Positions 9,844 to 20,576 of a stretch of DNA of 64,000 bases are shown piece after piece. Both the position numbers and the translations under genes were made by a program. The notes under the pieces are model-generated. The model saw nothing but the letters and a program-made list of their open reading frames with translations. It had not been told where the DNA came from and ran no database searches. Every line of letters begins with the position of its first letter. Positions within the stretch are counted from its first letter, which is position 1. The stretch is taken from the NCBI GenBank assembly GCA_964016885.1, contig OZ024766.1, positions 2,914,001 to 2,978,000 of the forward strand, in the 5' to 3' direction. The DNA is from Eledone cirrhosa. Its lineage: Eukaryota.

Positions 9844-11043
9844 TTACACTTCTGTATGAACAGATACATGTTTAGTTAATTTACTTTTTCGACAGAATGA
9901 TTCACCACAGATAACACACTTATGAGGTTTCTCTCCTGTATGAAGACGTATGTGTTGAGTTAAGTGACCTAACTGACAGAATGATTTACCACAGATATCA
10001 CAGTGATGAGGTTTTTCTCCTGTATGAATACGTCTGTGTCGAGTTAAGTCACCTGCACAAGAGAATGACTTACCACAGATATCACAGTGATGAGGTTTCT
10101 CACCTGTATGAATACGTATGTGTTCAGTTAAGTAACTTGACTGAGTGAATGATTTACCACAGATATCACAGAGATGAGGTTTATCTCCTGTATGAAGACG
10201 CATGTGTTGAGTTAAGTTACACGACTGTGAGAATGATTTACTACAGATGCCACACTGATGAGGTTTTTCTCCTGTATGAACCCGTATGTGAGTAACTAGG
10301 CGACCTCTGTAAGAAAAGGATTTACCACAGATATCACAGTTATGAGGATTCTCTCCTGTATGAACCCGTATGTGAATAATTAGGCGACCTCTATCAGAAA
10401 AGGATTTACCACAGACATCACAGCGAAGAGGATTCTCTCCTGTATGGACATAATTGTGAATAGCTAAGCTACTTGACTGTGAAAATGATTCACCACAGAT
10501 ATCACAGCGGTGTGGTTTCTCTCCTGTATGAATATGTTTGTGTCTAGTTAAGTGACTCAACTGAGAGAAGGATTTACCACAGATATCACAGTGATAAGGT
10601 TTCTCTCCTGTATGAATACGTTTGTGTTGAGTTACGCCACTAGTACAAGAGAATGATTTACCACAGATATCACACTGATGAGGCTTCTCTCCTGTATGAA
10701 GACGTATGTGTTCAGTTAATTGTACTGACAGAGAGAAAGATTCACTACAGATATCACAGTTATAAGGCTTCTCTCCTGTATGAAGACGTACATGTTGAGT
10801 TAAGTTACCCAACTGTGAGAATGATTTACTACAGATACCACATTGATGAGGTTTTTCTCCTGTATGAACACGTATGTGAGTAACTAGGCAACATTTATCA
10901 GAAAATGATTTACCACAGATATCACAGGGATGAGGCTTCACTCCGGTATGAATACGTTTGTGTCTAGATAAGCTACTTAAATGTGAGAATGATTTACCAC
11001 AGATATCACAGCAGTATGATGATTTTCCTTCCTCTTCTGACAT
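9844..11043 (-). CDS. C2H2 zinc-finger protein A2 (399 aa, 14 tandem fingers), paralog of A1
   Basis: 14 C2H2 repeats. ATG at 11043 (MSEEEGK). Same C-terminus as A1 (RKSKLTKHVSVHTEV) and a homologous 3' flank (9580-9843 vs 3481-3741). Confidence 0.92.
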   Translation of the reverse strand: MSEEEGKSSYCCDICGKSFSHLSSLSRHKRIHTGVKPHPCDICGKSFSDKCCLVTHIRVHTGEKPHQCGICSKSFSQLGNLTQHVRLHTGEKPYNCDICSESFSLSVQLTEHIRLHTGEKPHQCDICGKSFSCTSGVTQHKRIHTGEKPYHCDICGKSFSQLSHLTRHKHIHTGEKPHRCDICGESFSQSSSLAIHNYVHTGENPLRCDVCGKSFSDRGRLIIHIRVHTGENPHNCDICGKSFSYRGRLVTHIRVHTGEKPHQCGICSKSFSQSCNLTQHMRLHTGDKPHLCDICGKSFTQSSYLTEHIRIHTGEKPHHCDICGKSFSCAGDLTRHRRIHTGEKPHHCDICGKSFCQLGHLTQHIRLHTGEKPHKCVICGESFCRKSKLTKHVSVHTEV

Positions 11044-11737
11044 CTCAGGAAAAAATATCAATCTTTTAAGTGTCTTCCCAGAACTTTTTCTCTCAACACA
11101 ATATATTGATATTTTTGCTTGGTTTTGTTTTAATAGTTTATTCCCAACAAATATTTCCTCTGTTAAAACTCCATCAGCTCTGCTCTTTGTTGATATCTGA
11201 AAATGATGTAAATTCCTTTGTAAATTTTTGCAACTTTAATAAGAATGCTGAATCTTCTTGTACATTTTTCAGAAAGTGAAGAAAATAAACTTTTCTATGA
11301 ACCTCAGTTCAGAGGAAATATTTCACTGTAATTCACCAAATGTTGATATAAAAAGACTTATCAAATATTGAGTTATAAACTCGAAATAGACTTTTACAAT
11401 TAAAGATTTGCAATCTGAACACTTCTATAATTGTATAGATGTTCATCCCTCATATATTCATTTGAAAAAACACTTATATGAATACTGTGTAAAATCTTGT
11501 GTTAGTCTTTTAAACAATGATATTGATGTTGTATCTGAAGTTAAAATTTCTCTTCTGTCAATGTCATGTGATATTCTGAAATAACAGAGAAACAAAATAA
11601 GATATAGAGGAGAGGATATTAAAATGTTGTGATTCAACAATGGAAACTTTACATTTCTATATATAAACATTCAACTGAAAAAATAAACTTTTTACTTGTA
11701 TTCCTCCATCTTAATATCTCAATGTGTATAAATAGTG

Positions 11738-12080
11738 GTGGTGCAGGGCTTAGTGGTTAGAGTATTGGACTTACACTCATGATTTTGATTCCCAGACCAA
11801 GTGATGCATTGTGTCCTTGAGCAAGACACTTTATTTCACGTTGCTCCTGTTCACTCAGCTGTAGGAATTAGTTGTGACATCATTGGTGGCAAGTGGTGTC
11901 AGTCATTGCCTTCCCCCTTTTACAACATTGGTGGCATGGTGAGGGGGAGACTGGTATGCACGGGCAACTTGCAATCGAAAGGTTGTGAGTTCAATTCTCA
12001 GACCGGGTGATGTGTTGTTTCCTTGAGCAAGACACTTTATTTCACATTGCTCCAGTTTACTCAGCTGTAGAAATGAGATG
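11738..12080 (+). mobile_element. Two adjacent tRNA-derived SINE heads with a CORE-like segment
   Basis: A-box-like ggcttagtggttag and B-box-like gagttcaattc. ccttgagcaagacactttatttcac.ttgctcc..tcactcagctgtag occurs twice (about 11815 and 12021). Confidence 0.7.
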
Positions 12081-12104
12081 ATAGGGACTGAGGTCCCTAT
12101 CATT

Positions 12105-12575
12105 CCACTGCAAAGTGGTCGTGGAGGTGCCACGGCAAAAAAGCACCCAGCACTCACTGTAAAGTGGTCGTGGAGGTGCCACGGCAAAAAAAGCACCCAC
12201 CACTCACTGTAAAGTGGTCGTGGAGAGGCCACAGCAAAAAAGCACCCAGCCCACACTGTAAAGTGGTCGTGGAGGTGCCACGGCAAAAAAGCACCCAGCA
12301 CTCACTGTAAAGTGGTCGTGGAGGTGCCACGGCAAAAAAGCACCCAGCACTCACTGTAAAGTGGTCGTGGAGGGGACACGGCAAAAATGCACACAGCCCA
12401 CACTGTAAAGTGGTCGTGGAGGTGCCATGGCAAAAAAGCACCCAGTACTCACTGTAAATGAGGTTGGTGTTAGGAAGGGCATCCAGCTGTAGAAATCAAG
12501 CCAGGATCAGTTCCCGTCCCACCCTTGCAAGCAGGGAAAAGGCGGACGTAAAATGATGATGATGATGATAATGAT
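12105..12575 (+). mobile_element. SINE containing ~7 tandem copies of a ~49-bp unit, then an RTE-like (ATG)n tail
   Basis: cactgtaaagtggtcgtggaggtgccacggcaaaaaagcacccagcact repeated over 12105-12460, then ggttggtgttaggaagggcatccagctgtagaaa..ggacgtaaaatgatgatgatg. Confidence 0.8.
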
Positions 12576-12699
12576 GAACTACCGGTCTTCCACAAACAAA
12601 AAAAAAAACACCTTCCCGAACGCATGACTCAAAGGGGAACTTTCAGATACAAATCCCAGTCATTCGTGACCAAAGCGAGGGGGGGGGGGGGCGTCTTTT

Positions 12700-12790
12700 T
12701 TATCATTTATCGCTTTGGTCACGAATGACATTGCACATCCAACGGAGCCTCGTATACTCTGCAGTTGCTGCCCATGTCTCACTGCAAACA
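12700..12790 (-). mobile_element. Short RTE-LINE fragment
   Basis: Translation SETWAATAEYTRLRWMCNV resembles the RTE ETW...LRWMCGV segment. Confidence 0.45.
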
Positions 12791-13160
12791 GACATACATT
12801 CACACACACAAATATATACTAACACATACACACTCATAAATATATACCCACACATACATATATATAGTAACACAAACAGACATACATTCACACACACAAA
12901 TATATACCAACACATACACACACATAAATACATACACACATACATATATACAGTAACACAAACGCAGCCATACATTCACACACATAAATATATACTAACA
13001 CATACAGACTCATAAATATATACCAACACATACACACATACATATATATAGTAACACAGCCATACATTCACACACACAAATATATACCAACACATACGCA
13101 CATACATATATATATAGTAACACAAACAGACATACATTCACACACACAAATATATAACAC
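12790..13160. repeat. Compound CA/TA microsatellite with imperfect longer periodicity
   Basis: Repeated catacattcacacacacaaatatatac.aacacatac blocks. Confidence 0.85.
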
Positions 13161-13607
13161 ATGGCTGAATAAGACCCGTCCCACCCTTGCAAGCAGGGAA
13201 AAGCGGACGTAAAATGATGATGATGATGACATACACTCTCATAAATATATATCAACACATACATTCACATACACATGTCCATACACAGCGTTCTAGGAAT
13301 CGTGTGTGTGTTTGTGTACTTCTGTTGTTTGTGTCTGTTTATGTATTAACGTGTGTATGTGTATGTACCTTACGAAAAGCGTATTATATTTTATATCACA
13401 TGTAACAGTAGAATCTAGCTATTGTAAAATAAGACAACATTTCAGTCTAGAAGTATTTTCCTGTATATAAAAGTGACGAGGAAGAAATATGTCCAAAGTT
13501 GTTAAATATTTTCACTTGTATATAATTACTGTATCGTTGAAAGGTTCACATAATTCTATTATTTACACACATTATTATAGACTTCAAGTAAATCTTTCTC
13601 AACTTAC

Positions 13608-13782
13608 CCTCTTCACATGTAATCAATGTGTTGTCTTCTTATATTTTATTAAACAACCAAACAAATAATCTCCTTGTTGTTGAATAAGAATTTCCAAAGA
13701 TTTTATCAGCTTTTCTTTGTCCGCCATTAACGTTGGTGTATCTTCTTATTCTTTAGCCACAGATTCGTATCTTGTCACAATG
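13608..13782 (-). promoter_or_regulatory. Putative first exon and promoter-proximal region of A2
   Basis: Near-identical to 7458-7632, with ccgccat at 13721-13727 and the donor at 13607. Confidence 0.6.
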
Positions 13783-13949
13783 AAAAAGTAGAGCTGGGTT
13801 TGCATTTTTTAGTCACTGAGTTACGTATATCAACCTTTTCTTCCCCGCTCCCCACCTCATCTATCTACGGGTGTCTGTGTGTGCATATATGCATATATAT
13901 ATATATATATTTATATAATACTACTTTCATTTATATAATATATATATAA

Positions 13950-14200
13950 CATCATCATCATCTTCGTTTAACGTCCATTTTCCACGCTAGCATGGGTTAG
14001 ACGGGAGTTGTCCCACTTAAGGCAAGGCTGGTCGGGTGACCGTGTCTCGCTCGTATCGGGCTGTCTGGCGGGTTTTCTACGGCTGGATGCCCTTCCTAAC
14101 ACCAACCACATTTAAGGAACTGGGAACTTTTTACCGTGTTACCTACACGACCTCATTACAGTGTGGACTGTGTGTTTTTTTCTCGTAACACCTACACGAT
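13950..14200 (-). mobile_element. SINE with RTE-like (ATG)n tail, minus strand
   Basis: catcatcat..tttaacgtccattttccacgctagcatgggttagacg..tttctacggctggatgcccttcctaacaccaacc. Confidence 0.8.
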
Positions 14201-14893
14201 CTCGATCTCATTATCTCATTTATTTGGACTGGATGTTGTGGTACCAACTTTACAGAGAGAGGGTGGTGTTGGTGGGAGTGGAAGGATAGGGTAGGGGTAG
14301 TGGATTGGGGTGTATATTTGGTTAAGAGGTGCCTACTGACTGTAGGTTTCGCTTTGTACATAGGCAAGGCGGGTCTTCTGTATTACTGCGTAGTGCCAAA
14401 GATCTCGGTCCAGTGACATTGTTTTAGAGAGGTGCATATATAATATATATATATATATATAGTAATAATAATAAATGTGAAGACTATATATTTATCCCAT
14501 TAAGGGTGAAAGCAGCGATTCTTTGCTTAAACTTTAATCTGTTATTTTAATAAATATTTGCTCTCGGGTTCTTATATATTTGATATATCATCATCATCAT
14601 TTTATGTCCGCTTTTCCTTGCTTGCAAGGGAAACTTCCTAGTTTCAAATCCCATATATATCTATATACCTCAATAATATATACATATATATAGTATTAGT
14701 TATACTATTTATGGTTATGTAAATACAAAACCTTATGCAGTTATAAGTATTTTACACACACCCTAAATAGTGGTAGGCAGTAATGTATTACTACCTTATT
14801 ACCAGTATGTTAAGTAGCTCAATGTAAAAACATCAGATGATTTACAGAGCAGTTATATGAAATATAAGAATCAAAGAACTGTTCAAAACATTA

Positions 14894-14945
14894 TTGTGCT
14901 TACAGCTGTTTCCTCCAAACCGAGGTTTGGATTCTTCGGAGCAAT
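14894..14945 (-). ncRNA. Mirror copy of the hammerhead-like motif
   Basis: The minus strand reads attgctccgaagaatccaaacctcggtttggaggaaacagctgtaagcacaa. Confidence 0.5.
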
Positions 14946-15400
14946 TTATTAATGCATGGACAGTTATATGACCTCCTTTTCAGCCGAGAGACATACCGAT
15001 ACATATTCAAACATTGTGGGTCAACATTCATTACAGAATTTAGAGTGGCAGTACACACTTAGAGATTACATCTATATTAAGAGGTACAATCAAAAATCAA
15101 AAATACAGGTTAAAATACAACATGAAGATAAGCAGTTATATAGTGCAAATGTTATATGTGTGGCACGCATGTGCGTCTTGTTTATATAGTGTGGCAGAGA
15201 GATATGTGTGGTAGAGGCACTTAGGTAGGTAAACAAGAGTGTTAGGTTGGTAGATCTGGTGGCAAATTCTTTATATGATTGATATAGTCTGTGTGTGGAG
15301 AAATGTTATAAGCATTAAATGTTGACCCACAATGTTTGAATATGTATCGGTATGTCTCTCGGCTGAAAAGGAGGTCATATAACTGTCCATGCATTAATAA

Positions 15401-15452
15401 ATTGCTCCGAAGAATCCAAACCTTGGTTTGGAGGAAACAGCTGTAAGCACAA
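15401..15452 (+). ncRNA. Minimal type-I hammerhead-ribozyme-like motif (variant core)
   Basis: tgct-CCGAAGA-a-tccaaacc/tt/ggtttgga-g-GAAA-cagctg-TA-agca: stem I tgct/agca, 8-bp stem II, palindromic stem III. The core has C in place of the canonical U4. Confidence 0.5.
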
Positions 15453-15490
15453 TAATGTTTTGAACAGTTCTTTGATTCTTATATTTCATA

Positions 15491-15628
15491 CATATATATA
15501 TATGAACATCAATTATATATACATATATATATGAACATCAATTATATATATATAAACATCAATTATATATATATGAACATCAATTATATATACATATATA
15601 TATAAACATCAATTATATATATATATAT
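15491..15628. repeat. AT-rich minisatellite (ata..tgaacatcaatt x5)
   Basis: aacatcaattatatata occurs five times with variable TA runs. Confidence 0.85.
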
Positions 15629-15830
15629 GCGCATGGACATGAAGGATGACAGCTGCATAAAAAGATGTAGAGCACTGGAAGTCGATGGAAGCCACGGAGT
15701 GGGGAGGCCCAAGAAGACCTGGGATGAGGTGATAAAAGCTGACCAATTACACCTCTCAAAGGCGATGACACAGGACCGCGACCTCTGGCTTCACGCAGTA
15801 ATACAGAAAACCCAACTTCCCACGGGTACA
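15627..15830 (+). mobile_element. RTE-LINE 3' end fragment
   Basis: Translation KDDSCIKRCRALEVDG..GVGRPKKTWDEVIK..TQDRDLW, containing the GRPxxxW...DR..W motif typical of RTE ORF C-termini. Confidence 0.75.
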
Positions 15831-15873
15831 AGCCGAAGCTGAAGCATATAGACAGTATGCCCCCACACTCTCC

Positions 15874-16106
15874 CACTGTAAAGTGGTCGTGGAGGTGCCA
15901 CGAAAAAAAAAGCACCCAGCACTCACTGTAAATGAGGTTGGTGTTAGGAAGGGCATCCAGATGTAGAAATCAAGCCAGAATCATTTCCTGTATGAGCAAG
16001 GCATGGTCAGCCGACCAGACACTGCCCACAACAGGACAACCCGTCTAACCCATGCTAGCGTGGAAGAACGGATGTAAAACGGTGATGATGATGATGATGA
16101 TGATGA
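15874..16106 (+). mobile_element. SINE 3' part with one 49-bp unit and an (ATG)n tail
   Basis: Near-identical to 12400-12510, ending ccatgctagcgtggaagaacggatgtaaaac..(gat)n. Confidence 0.8.
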
Positions 16107-16149
16107 TATATATGTGTGTGTGTACAGAACAGCCATCCAAAAATGTGTA

Positions 16150-16197
16150 ATTATGTATATACGTATATACATATGTATGTATATATATACATATGTC

Positions 16198-16238
<41 letters not shown>

Positions 16239-16276
16239 GTATATATATACATATGTATATATATGTATGTATATAC
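16150..16276. repeat. TA/TG microsatellite
   Basis: Long (ta)n run with tatg/taca interruptions. Confidence 0.9.
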
Positions 16277-16559
16277 GCGGGGACATAGAAATAGTCGGGT
16301 TGGACACCCGATCACATGGTTAAACCACTGTGAGTGAAGGACCCCTAGTTTTTCTCAGGGCATTCTTCTAGGAGAAGGCAACTCAGGAAACTGGGGTAAC
16401 TCCGATATAAAACCTGCGGCTCAGTAGTTACCGATGATGATGATCTTTTCTTCTTTTCAGGTTATAGCTACTGTCTCTCAGAGAGTGGGATTGGCTCAGT
16501 GCACAGTCTTTCCTCACTTTAAAAAATATCTTCACGCACAGGCATTGCACGATAGAATT

Positions 16560-16752
16560 AATTGTTTCTACTTTAGGCACAAGGCCAGCAATTATCCCAG
16601 TGTATTACTGGTACTTTATTTTATTGACCCTGTAAGGATGAAAGGCAAAGTCAACCTCGGCGGGATTTGAACTCAGATCGTAAAGGGTTGTAACTATGCT
16701 GGAAAGCATGGCGTCCGACCCTCTACCGATACTGCCAATCCACCGCCCTTAG
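16560..16752 (-). mobile_element. tRNA-derived SINE (second family), near full length
   Basis: The minus strand begins aaggggcggtggattggcagtatcggtagag (A-box-like), continues to gagttcaaatcccgccgaggttgactttgcctttcatcc (B-box) and ends ggccttgtgcctaaagtagaaacaatt. Confidence 0.75.
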
Positions 16753-17442
16753 AATTAATTAATAATTATTAATAATGGTATATCGTGCAATGGCCATACT
16801 CGATAACGAAGGGGCAGCCATCATGTATGTATTTATATGTACGTAAAAGGTAAATATACAGTGTATGGAAGGAATATATTAGGTTAATGTCTGAAATAGC
16901 AGGAAGGTCTTAATGTTCAGAAGTGAGTCCTTCATGTGTATGTATATGCATATGTGTGTGTATATATATATATAAATATTTGTATACATATATATATATA
17001 TACATACATTTCTGTTTAGTGGTTCACCAATGGCTAGAACTGGTCATTAAGTTTAGTTAACCATGATGTATTAGTAGGAAAAGCACTCAACATTGATGTT
17101 GAATCTTGTGCTTGGTACAATAACATAGCTGAATATTAGTTTGATTAAAACAACAGGAGGCTAGACTAGGTATGTCCTTTTAAAGTTTTATTGTTGCAAA
17201 AAACATTATATATATTTCTTTGACCTGGTTACTTACTCAGTGCTGATTGGGTCACCTGTGTAACAAAAGCAGCCAACAATTTCTAAGGATCACCCTTTGC
17301 AGCTAAGGGTATAAATTTCACATGTGCTGCATATAAAGTTCGAACCTGCCTGCAATCACATTGCATTTCCATGTGAGCCCCTTATGCTAATTTTTCTCAC
17401 CCTTTTCCCACACATCAATCAAAGGCACCTCAATGATAAAAT

Positions 17443-17552
17443 CAGGTGATAGAGGCTCCTTCAGTCAGACATTACAACGGGGGATATTTGTGTTATAATT
17501 TAACATTTCTGAGACAAGATGAAACACACAGCATTACTCAGGTGATAGAGGG
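17443..17552. repeat. Degenerate ~1.3 copies of the 90/94-bp B-unit minisatellite, marking the left edge of the B array
   Basis: tcaggtgatagagg...acattacaac...aacatttctgagacaaga...cacagcattactcaggtgatagaggg. Confidence 0.7.
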
Positions 17553-17554
17553 GC

Positions 17555-18284
<730 letters not shown>

Positions 18285-20576
18285 TTATTCCCCAGTGTGA
18301 ATACGTATATGATTATTAAGTATCGAACTCTCAGGAAAAGATTTCCCACATATTTCACAATGGAAGGATTTTTCCCCAGTGTGAGTTCTTATGTGTGCAG
18401 TCAAATTACAGTTACGGAGAAAAGATTTCCCACATGTTTCACAATGAAAGAGTTTCTCTCCAGTGTGTTTGTATTTGTGTCTCGTTAAGTCACTGCTGGA
18501 GACAAATGTTTTCCCACATATTTCACAGTGATAGGGTTTCTCTCCAGTGTGTTTTCTCATGTGTACAGTTAAGTTACTGTTTTGAACAAATGATTTCCCA
18601 CATATTTCACAATTATAGGGTTTCTCTCCAGTGTGGGTTCTTTTATGTTTAGTTAAATCACCCCTTGTAACAAAAGATTTCCCACATATTTCACAATGGA
18701 AGGGTTTCTCTCCAGTGTGGGTTCTTTTATGTTTAGTTAAATCACTCCTTGTAACAAAAGATTTCCCACATATTTCACAATGGAAGGGTTTCTCTCCAGT
18801 GTGTGTTCTTTTGTGTGTAGTCAAATAACTTCTTGCAACAAAAGATTTCCCACATATTTCACAGTGGAAGGGTTTCTCTACAGTGTGTCTATGTATGTGT
18901 CTAACAAGATGGGATTTCTGAGTGAAAGATTTCCCACATGTTTCACAGTGAAAGGGTTTCTCACCTGTATGTGTTCTTTTGTGTATAGTTAAAAGATTGT
19001 GTGAAACAAAACATTTCCCACATATTTCACAATGGAAGGATTTCTCTCCAGTGTGAGTTATTATGTGTTTAGATAAATCGCTGTTACACACAAAAGATTT
19101 CCCACATGTTTCACAGTGGAAGGGTTTCTCTCCAGTGTGTGTTCTTATGTGTCTCGATAAATCGCTGTTACGCACAAAAGATTTCCCACATGTTTCACAG
19201 TGGAAGGGTTTCTCTCCAGTGTGTGTTCTTATGTGTCTCGATAAATCGCTGTTACACACAAAAGATTTCCCACATGTTTCACAGTGGAAGGGTTTCTCTC
19301 CAGTGTGTTTGTATTTGTGTCTCGTTAAGTCACTGCTGGAGACAAATGTTTTCCCACATATTTCACAGTGATAGGGTTTCTCTCCAGTGTGTGTTCTTAT
19401 GTGTACAGTTAAGTTACTGATTTGAACAAATGATTTCCCACATATTTCACAATTATAGGGTTTCTCTCCAGTGTGGGTTCTTTTATGTTTAGTTAAATCA
19501 CTCCTTGTAACAAAAGATTTCCCACATATTTCACAATGAAAGGGTTTTTCTCCTGTGTGTATTCTTTTGTGTCGCAACAAAGTATAGCTACGACCGAAAT
19601 ATTTCCCACATATTTCACAATTGAAGGGTTCCTCTCCAGTGTGTGTTCTTTTGTGTCTAGATAAGTCATTGTTTGTACGAAAAAATTCCCCACATGTCTC
19701 ACAGTGGAAGGGTTTCTCTCTAGTGTGGGTTCTTTTGTGTGTGTTCAAATAACTCCTTCTAACAAAACATTTCCCACATATTTCACAATGGAAGGGTTTT
19801 TCCCCAGTGTGACTACGTATGTGGATAACAAGATGGGGTTTCTGAGTGAAACATTTCCCACATATTTCACAATGGAAGGGTTTTTCTCCTGTGTGTATTC
19901 TTTTGTGTCGCCACAAAGTACAACTACGACCAAAATATTTCCCACATGTCTCACAATGGAAGGGTTTTTCCCCAGTGTGGCTACATATGTGGTTAACAAG
20001 ATGGGATTTCTGAGTGAAACATTTCCCACATATTTCACAATGGAAGGGTTTTTCCCCAGTGTGACTACGTATGTGGATAACAAGATAGGGTTTCTGAGTG
20101 AAACGTTTCCCACATATTTCACAATAGAAGGGTTTTTCCCCAGTGTGACTACGTATGTGGATAACAAGATGGGGTTTCTGAGTGAAACATTTCCCACATA
20201 TTTCACAGTCGAAGGGTTTCTCTCCTGTGTGTGTTCTTTTGTGTTGCAACAGAGTAGAGCTAAGACCAAAATATTTCCCACATATTTCACATTTGAAGGG
20301 TTTCTCTCCTCTGTGTCTACATAAATCACTGTTACAGACAACATATTTCCCACATGTCTCACAGTGTTTGTGTTTGTGTGTAGATAAATCATCTTCTGAT
20401 GGGAAAGTTTTCCTACAAACCCCACAGCTATATTCAGGAATATTTCTGTGTAATGATCCTTGTTCAGTACACGTTTCACTGGGTAAAGGTTTCTCCCCAC
20501 TGTATGACTGTGTAACTATATCTATATTGGTAGAAACAGGTGTGGTAGAAATGTCCAAGCGTTTAACGTCTTCCAT
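18285..20576 (-). CDS. C2H2 zinc-finger protein B1 (763 aa, 24 canonical fingers plus 2 atypical N-terminal ones); most divergent B copy
   Basis: ATG at 20576 (MEDVKRLDIST) and an uninterrupted 28-aa finger array ending HIRIHTGE*. Confidence 0.92.
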   Translation of the reverse strand: MEDVKRLDISTTPVSTNIDIVTQSYSGEKPLPSETCTEQGSLHRNIPEYSCGVCRKTFPSEDDLSTHKHKHCETCGKYVVCNSDLCRHRGEKPFKCEICGKYFGLSSTLLQHKRTHTGEKPFDCEICGKCFTQKPHLVIHIRSHTGEKPFYCEICGKRFTQKPYLVIHIRSHTGEKPFHCEICGKCFTQKSHLVNHICSHTGEKPFHCETCGKYFGRSCTLWRHKRIHTGEKPFHCEICGKCFTQKPHLVIHIRSHTGEKPFHCEICGKCFVRRSYLNTHKRTHTREKPFHCETCGEFFRTNNDLSRHKRTHTGEEPFNCEICGKYFGRSYTLLRHKRIHTGEKPFHCEICGKSFVTRSDLTKHKRTHTGEKPYNCEICGKSFVQISNLTVHIRTHTGEKPYHCEICGKTFVSSSDLTRHKYKHTGEKPFHCETCGKSFVCNSDLSRHIRTHTGEKPFHCETCGKSFVRNSDLSRHIRTHTGEKPFHCETCGKSFVCNSDLSKHIITHTGEKSFHCEICGKCFVSHNLLTIHKRTHTGEKPFHCETCGKSFTQKSHLVRHIHRHTVEKPFHCEICGKSFVARSYLTTHKRTHTGEKPFHCEICGKSFVTRSDLTKHKRTHTGEKPFHCEICGKSFVTRGDLTKHKRTHTGEKPYNCEICGKSFVQNSNLTVHMRKHTGEKPYHCEICGKTFVSSSDLTRHKYKHTGEKLFHCETCGKSFLRNCNLTAHIRTHTGEKSFHCEICGKSFPESSILNNHIRIHTGE

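Larger units (their letters stand above)
11576..13607 (-). other. Putative 5'-UTR intron of gene A2
   Basis: Donor AGG|GTAAGT at 13607-13606 and pyrimidine tract plus TTTCAG| at 11577-11576, both equivalent to A1. Confidence 0.7.
14856..15490. mobile_element. 173-bp inverted repeat (14856-15028 / 15318-15490), probable Penelope-like element pseudo-LTR remnant
   Basis: The arms are reverse complements with one mismatch seen. Each carries a minimal hammerhead-like motif. Confidence 0.65.

Noticed and set aside
11044-11230. Open frame upstream of the A2 ATG (ISTKSRADGVLTEEIF..)
   Set aside because: It has no ATG, and the homologous A1 sequence has an in-frame TAA. Treated as UTR.
11738-11800. 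tRNA gene
   Set aside because: It has A/B-box-like motifs but no complete cloverleaf and runs into SINE body sequence.
18285-20576. Gene symbol or KRAB/SCAN/BTB/PR-SET domain assignment (e.g. PRDM9-like)
   Set aside because: No such domain is visible in any ORF. These are lineage-specific paralogs that cannot be given an orthology-based name from sequence alone.
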